From Lingula anatina (lineage: Eukaryota; Animalia; Brachiopoda): DNA of 64,000 nt. The DNA is taken from positions 68,426,788 through 68,490,787 of the forward strand of contig CM120640.1 in assembly GCA_051362555.1 (NCBI GenBank), given 5' to 3'. Every line of letters starts with the position of its first letter. Within the stretch, counting starts at the first letter, position 1. Of this stretch, positions 59,988-64,000 are shown in pieces. A model generated the notes under the pieces. It was not told the DNA's origin. It saw nothing but the letters and a program-made list of their open reading frames with translations, and made no database searches. The position numbers were made by a program, and so were the translations under genes.

Positions 59988-62900
59988 TCTGTATTGCTCT
60001 GGTAAAAATCAACCTCCAACTTTCAACCTTAGAATCAACAACATCCTCTTTTCCTCTTTGTCCTGTCATTTTCGTACCATTTCATACTATATGGCAACCC
60101 TCAAAGTGTTGTCAGTACACGCAGGAAGCCAGCAGACGATATTTGTTCGCTGTTCCTGCTATGCAGCCACACTGAAGTAGATCCACATCGATTAAATAAT
60201 CACCGTTTCTTATTTAGCAGGTCTACCTCTTGACCCCAACTGTGAAATATATGAAGCTATACAGTTTACCGTGGCGACCAGCGTTCTTTTAAACGCGACA
60301 AACTAGCGATGATCAGATCAACTGGCCATCAACATTTCACCTGAAATCCTTCAGCGGGGTCACGTTGGTTGAAATCTTCTACACAGTGCACATAAAAGCC
60401 TGTATACATGTATATAGCCATGCGATGGGTTACCCACCAACCTTAAGCGCGTTACTGCTGCATCTAATTATACATGGGAAAGGTCATGTCTCGGTGCTGT
60501 GCCCTCTTCACGGAATGCCGCGGTATCCGCGTGGATAATCCGTTTCCGAGATACTACGTTATGATTTGGGTTTCTAGCGATCGCACACAGAAACAGATCT
60601 ACTCACATTGATTGTCTACGTAAGCATCGTCACTACACTTTGTATTGATTTAAAGACGCAGACAAACCTGGGAAATACTCTTCATCATGCGAAAAGCCAA
60701 TTTGCTTGTGCTATCCCTGTATGTTACGTGTGCCAGGGAATTCCCTACGAGACCATCAGCTGGACAAATCGTCCTGGACTCTGATCCTCCTGAGGTTCTG
60801 AATTATTGATTTCATTGACCTGTTTTGCATATCGCTTTCTGTGATATTTAATTTGATTTTTTAATATATATATTCAACCCAAACCCATATGTATTGTATA
60901 CGTCCTCAGAGAAGTTGTATATAAGCTCAAAGATGGGGCTTCGCGAGAAACAAAAAACCTCCAAAATGCGCGAAGGGAGGGAATTCGGGTCGCGATGGGC
61001 CTTAATTAATCTTATATTTATTTTAACTGATAGCTAGACTGTCTCTGTCTAAGCAAATAATCAGTTCTATCTATCTATCCTGTTTTTCCTTCAAGTCCGT
61101 TTATCGCACTAATCCAAGCATCTTGATATCAGTGATTAACCGATACACCATCCCTTTTTAGGGGAAATTAAAATGGAATACACCTGGGTACCCGTTTTGA
61201 ATGTATCGAAATAAATGAGTTCTGGTGAGGGGCTGATATGAATTCTCTCTTTGTAAACGCATTAAAACGGAAACAAGTAATGTGTTAAACCAAATTTTGT
61301 ATACCCGTTCAAAGTTTCTGTTGATTACCGATCCATGCTGATAACGGGTCTTTTTTGGTTTATTTATAAGGTGCCACGACTAAAAATACACTCCTAATTG
61401 CTCACTCAGAATCGACCATATAATTCCATAGTGAAAGGTGAAGAGAAGATAAATAGAATAATCCATGTGCCACGGGCTCTTTATGTTTGAAAACGTTAGA
61501 TAGGCCTATACGTGTATCACTGCGTCGCTTACCCTCTAATGCCTTGATTCTGAATAACATGCCCACTTGGAGTATTGTAATGCACAATTAAGTTAAAGGT
61601 ACTCTGGGAGGAATTTATCCGCCAAAATGAATTTTCTTCTGGGAAAATCAATTTTTCCAACTCACGAATCATTGTTTGACCCGTTGTTCAGCACTTGGAT
61701 TCGATTTTAATTCCAGTTTAAATTTAATGATTCATTTCTAAATAGCCTGGCTAGTCAATTTGAAACCCATTTCTTCCTGTATATTTCACAAGTATCTATC
61801 GGCGCCAGGTACTTCTATATGAGGAGCATTAATATGAATTGGGAATGACTAGTAGTTTTGCATAATAGAAGTATAGAAAATACGACTGGGAAATTTTTAA
61901 CGCGGCCATGTAGAGAATACCTTTCATGCCACACGTTTATATACACATCAAACACTCTGTATTAAGAACCATTCCATCAGTGAAGTGTTACTTGCCAGTG
62001 ATATCAATTCGGATGAAAGTTTTGAGATTACTTAAGATTAGGAAGACAAAATATTAGCTTAGACAAGAATCACCAATTTCCATGTCTGCTATAATATGCG
62101 CGTTACTAAAATCGGCACGTCACAGATTTCTTCTATTGATAACTGCCAAGTTAAACTACGTTCAGAATTATTTCCAAGAGGACACCAATATTTTTTATTG
62201 AAAGTTCAACAAGGTTTAATTTTGATGAAAAACTTTTCAATGTAGCACCGACTGACAACCAGATATCTGGCGGAACATTAAAATCATCCTCATGCCACCC
62301 CCTCATTTTTACTCTCCCAGCACGGTTATTTCTACATTCATTTTTATTATTTAAATACGTTTTGAAATAAAGCTTTGGTGAACATCAAAATCTATTGCAT
62401 TTCGTTCCTGTTAACCACCAGATGTACTCGAACCTACATTGACAGTTCGATTGGGATGGCAAATAAATAGTATTTTCTTCCGTTATATCATTAATGGTCT
62501 CGTATGTGGAAGGCCAATGGGATTTTGATCTAAAACAAAATTCGAACGTCAAAAGATAGTTGTGGTTGTTAATGTGGAAATTCCAAGGCTGTATCAAAAA
62601 TTTGGTGACAAATAGACGATTTATTGATAATGCGCAAGTCAAATGCATCCGAGTATATATTTTACTTTGAAAATCAACTTAAACAGCGTTTTCCCCTCCC
62701 AATTTCATTTTAAAGGCTTCAACAGAACAAATTAATTTACTTTTCTGTTGAAAATATCACATCAACCACCCGATCTGCCGTCATGCAATCTGATTTAATG
62801 CAAAAACGTTTAAAGTTTTAATAAAGCCACTTTTTCATTAGGAAATTCTGGAATAGATTGTTTGGAATGGATGGAAAGCGATGAGTATCAAGAATGCCAG

Positions 62901-64000
62901 GTGGTTCGGATACGAATTACTGTATTTCCAAATCGCAAAGGAAAAAGGGGGATGTTTTTTTGTTTCTTAGTATTAAAAAAAACATAAGCACAATGGGCAC
63001 TTTTATTTCCTCCTGAACCACACTAATAAAAATATATTATTAAATATAAAGTAAAAAACTAAAAGTGAGACTAAATATTCGAAAGAAAGTGTTCAGTGAA
63101 TCAAACTTACAGACTGAAGCCTAAAGAATATTACACCATCTAACATAATAAGAAATAGAATGAAATTCAATAATTGCATCTCTGTCTAACATAAAAACAT
63201 AACATCCAATTTTCAAATTATTATCTGGATTGACAAAAACAGTCATTATAAATGCCTCAAATGCCCTGGCATCTGGCATAAACAATATTTGAAAATATGA
63301 GTCAGTAATATTCATAATGGACTAAAATAAAGGCAACACATTAGACAAACCATCTTATCTTGGAAATAGTTTGCTCACTTTTTTCTCATCACAAAGAACA
63401 CATCAATGCCAATATTCATAAATACCAGTCTAACAATAGCTGCATAAAAATCATATTAAGTACTGTAAACAGCAGAATATGCTTAGATTAAACACTGGTA
63501 ATACTCTTTAAGAACAGACAATGTGTGATATCTAATTATTATTTTGATAGTAACAAACTCATTTTTGTACCTCTAACAGATAATGCAAACTATTATCTCA
63601 ATGCCCAGTCTGTCCATTCAAGGTCTGCTTAGAACAAAGATCCAGGTTTCTGTTTCCTCGTCTGCTTATACCGTCTACCAGAGGCCAGAGCTAGGTGCAA
63701 ATATACTTGGGAGTACAGAAACATAGACACAATTATAACCAAAGCAACATCCGTGAATACCTATTGAATAAAATCTCTGTGGCCCTGGTAGAGGTTGGTC
63801 TGCTTACAGATAATATAAGGTTTTCTGCAGCTCAAGTTTGGGGGCCTTTGTCTCGATGTTGTATTCACCATACAGGAAAGCCAGCTTATGTGCATAGTAG
63901 CAGGGGCTAGGAACACTGACTGTGCCCTGTGGATAAATGAAACGATTTGCACTGAATTTTTTTTATTTCAGGTAAATGGTATCTGTGCTTGGGATATGTG

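Noticed and set aside
60600-64000. Possible exons of a further plus-strand gene (short frame near 60687; acceptors near 63580 and 63971)
   Set aside because: No recognisable protein motif, and the window ends before a model can be supported.

Overview
AT-rich, intron-rich animal genomic DNA; a lophotrochozoan such as a mollusc is an inference from the protein styles, not something the sequence proves. Eight protein-coding genes can be built by hand with in-frame splice junctions. In order: a 5'-truncated laccase-type multicopper oxidase (+, 356-8459); tyrosine hydroxylase (-, 9778-18521), tail-to-tail with the laccase; two tandem FLVCR/SLC49-family MFS transporters (+, 22842-33781 and 36010-42617); three tandem single-coding-exon GT11 alpha-1,2-fucosyltransferase-like genes (-, 43311-49478); and a GT7 beta-1,4-GalNAc-transferase (bre-4-like; -, 51576-59987). 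Introns carry Tc1 remnants, several MITEs, a Penelope-like retroelement fragment with a minimal hammerhead ribozyme nested in a TIR element, and microsatellites. Most notable: a Gln axial ligand at the laccase T1 copper site, a probable U12-type intron in the laccase, shared non-canonical His substitutions in the GT11 trio next to a predicted LacdiNAc synthase, patchy gene conversion between the FLVCR paralogs, and a possible TH-laccase(-transporter) catechol-oxidation cluster. All exon coordinates were read by eye; no searches were run.
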